Source: a virus
Lineage: Duplodnaviria > Caudoviricetes
Reading direction: 5' to 3' (one strand)
IMG/VR virus record: IMGVR_UViG_3300033183_000442
Span: 1-58,856 of that record
Length of the DNA stretch: 58,856 bases
Shown: piece after piece, positions 57,428 through 58,856 of the stretch
How the letters are laid out: each line of letters begins with the position of its first letter
How positions within the stretch are numbered: position 1 is the first letter of the stretch
Translations under genes and position numbers: made by a program
Notes under the pieces: generated by a model
Told to the model about the DNA's origin: nothing
Databases searched by the model: none
Seen by the model: the letters and a program-made list of their open reading frames with translations, nothing else

Positions 57428-57643
57428 TTAAACGGCCCCAACCAAGTTTGCGTTCACAGGTGATGCTGCGGCTGCATCATTTGCATCCAGTTCCGTAACG
57501 ATATTCGCGATATAGGCGTCAACAAAGGATGCGCGTGAATATCCGATATCCGCAAGTTCGCGATCAGATAGCATGGCAAGTGTTTGATGTGCTGCGCTTT
57601 TGGCGCGGCTGATAACCATTGCACGATATAGCGGTCTTAGCAT
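57428..57643 (-). CDS. DUF1127 family small protein
   Basis: L..LSDRELADIG.SR. Confidence 0.85.
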   Translation of the reverse strand: MLRPLYRAMVISRAKSAAHQTLAMLSDRELADIGYSRASFVDAYIANIVTELDANDAAAASPVNANLVGAV

Positions 57644-57972
57644 TTTTTGTTCCTTTCTTGCTATGAGAATTAGATAGCATTGTTATCGCTAACTTACCTC
57701 ATCCAAGTTGGAATTGCAGCAATGCAGAAAATGCATAGCGCGGAGGGCATCATCACATTGTTTCGCCATAAGTAGTCAATAAATTTACAGGTCTGTAACC
57801 ACTGGTTGTCAAATTGATAAAATCGTGTACAATTGTATACACGTTGAGCAATGTCCCCCATGACATTACGCCTCAACATGTTTCTCCCCATTGGACTGGC
57901 CCCACATTTTGTGGGGCATTCTTTGTGATACCCAGATCGCGTATCACAATACTCGGATTTATGAGAAGTAAG

Positions 57973-58056
57973 TGGTGGGCGACCTAGGAATCGAACCTAG
58001 CGTGCGTCTCCGCGAGGGAGTTACAGTCCCCTGCCACACCTTGCGGCCTGTCGCCC
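57973..58056 (-). tRNA. tRNA-Tyr(GTA)
   Basis: cloverleaf with CTGTAAC anticodon loop, long variable arm and CCA end. Confidence 0.95.
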
Positions 58057-58191
58057 ACTTACCGAGTGTTGAACACTTGAACGCAGGGGTGATTAGCCTT
58101 GTTAAAAAGTATCGTCAACTAGAAAATCCCTTGAAATTGGAACTCATTCTGGCGCAGAAGGCAAAACAAAGTTAAAAAGGCGTAATTTGCG

Positions 58192-58856
58192 ATGAAAAAG
58201 CCAAAGTGGGTTGTTGAAAAAGAACAAGCGAAAAAGGCGGCAGCTCAGGAAACCGTGTGGCTTTTTGGTTTGCATGCGGTGCGCGATGCGCTGTTAAATC
58301 CAAATCGACAACATCTGCGTTTAATCCTGACGAAAAATGCGGCAGACAAACTGGCGGATGCGGTTCAGCAGTCAGATGTTGCGCCTGAAATTTGTGATCC
58401 GCGTAAATTTTCAGCCCCGCTTGATTCTGCGTCCGTGCATCAAGGTGCTGCCCTTGAAACGAAACCATTGAAATGGGGTAGTCTTGAGGATGTCGCATTG
58501 GCCCCGGGGGCAGGGGCGCCACGTTTGATTCTGCTTGATCAGGTGACAGACCCTCATAACGTTGGTGCCATTTTGCGATCTGCCGAGGTGTTTGGGGCAA
58601 GTGCTGTCATCGGCACACAGCGCCATAGCGCACCTGAAACGGGCGCATTGGCCAAAACTGCCAGCGGCGCATTGGAACGTCAGCCGTATTTGCGACTGCG
58701 CAATTTGGCCGATTCTATTCAAGAGCTGCAAAAGCTTGGATATTTGGTGCTGGGCCTTGATGGAGAGGCGAGAGAGACAATCGACACTGTCTATGCCGTG
58801 CATCAGGACCGCGCCATCGCACTTGTTCTTGGGGCAGAGGGGCCTGGGTTGCGCCA
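58192..58856 (+). CDS. rlmB: TrmH-family RNA 2'-O-methyltransferase, RlmB-like (runs off the window end)
   Basis: MKKPKWV...FGLHAV...HQG...LDQVTDPHNVGAILRSA...LGAEGPGLR. Confidence 0.88.
   Translation, partial: MKKPKWVVEKEQAKKAAAQETVWLFGLHAVRDALLNPNRQHLRLILTKNAADKLADAVQQSDVAPEICDPRKFSAPLDSASVHQGAALETKPLKWGSLEDVALAPGAGAPRLILLDQVTDPHNVGAILRSAEVFGASAVIGTQRHSAPETGALAKTASGALERQPYLRLRNLADSIQELQKLGYLVLGLDGEARETIDTVYAVHQDRAIALVLGAEGPGLR

Noticed and set aside
56061-58803. ORF-track entries overlapping the tRNAs or antisense to pobA/rlmB
   Set aside because: Shadow ORFs of well-supported genes; the same applies to the many antisense ORFs within phage genes.

Overview
Positions 356-56023 are an apparently intact ~55.7 kb podovirus-type prophage integrated at the 3' end of tRNA-Gly(GCC), bounded by a 19-bp att duplication. 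The host is an alphaproteobacterium, probably of the Roseobacter group (flank: pobA, DUF1127, tRNA-Tyr, rlmB). A PolA carrying a DnaJ-type zinc-finger insertion and the gene order point to the HMO-2011-type phage group. I recognise no CI/Cro repressor. Instead, a predicted ~78-nt small RNA at ~54299-54376 (minus strand) is complementary to the 5' leaders of at least four distant phage transcription units (7213-7238, 14174-14191, 16017-16040, 55574-55594), and one of these lies downstream of a perfect alphaproteobacterial LexA box. This suggests an RNA-based lysogeny switch with an SOS-inducible decoy. The intergenic regions also hold several further predicted sRNAs with anti-Shine-Dalgarno loops, candidate host-regulator sites (NrdR, DnaA, CtrA, a palindrome partly shared with the host DUF1127 upstream region), and a second integrase beside a damaged tRNA(CAT)-like attP relic. 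All calls are from reading the sequence; no searches or folding programs were run.
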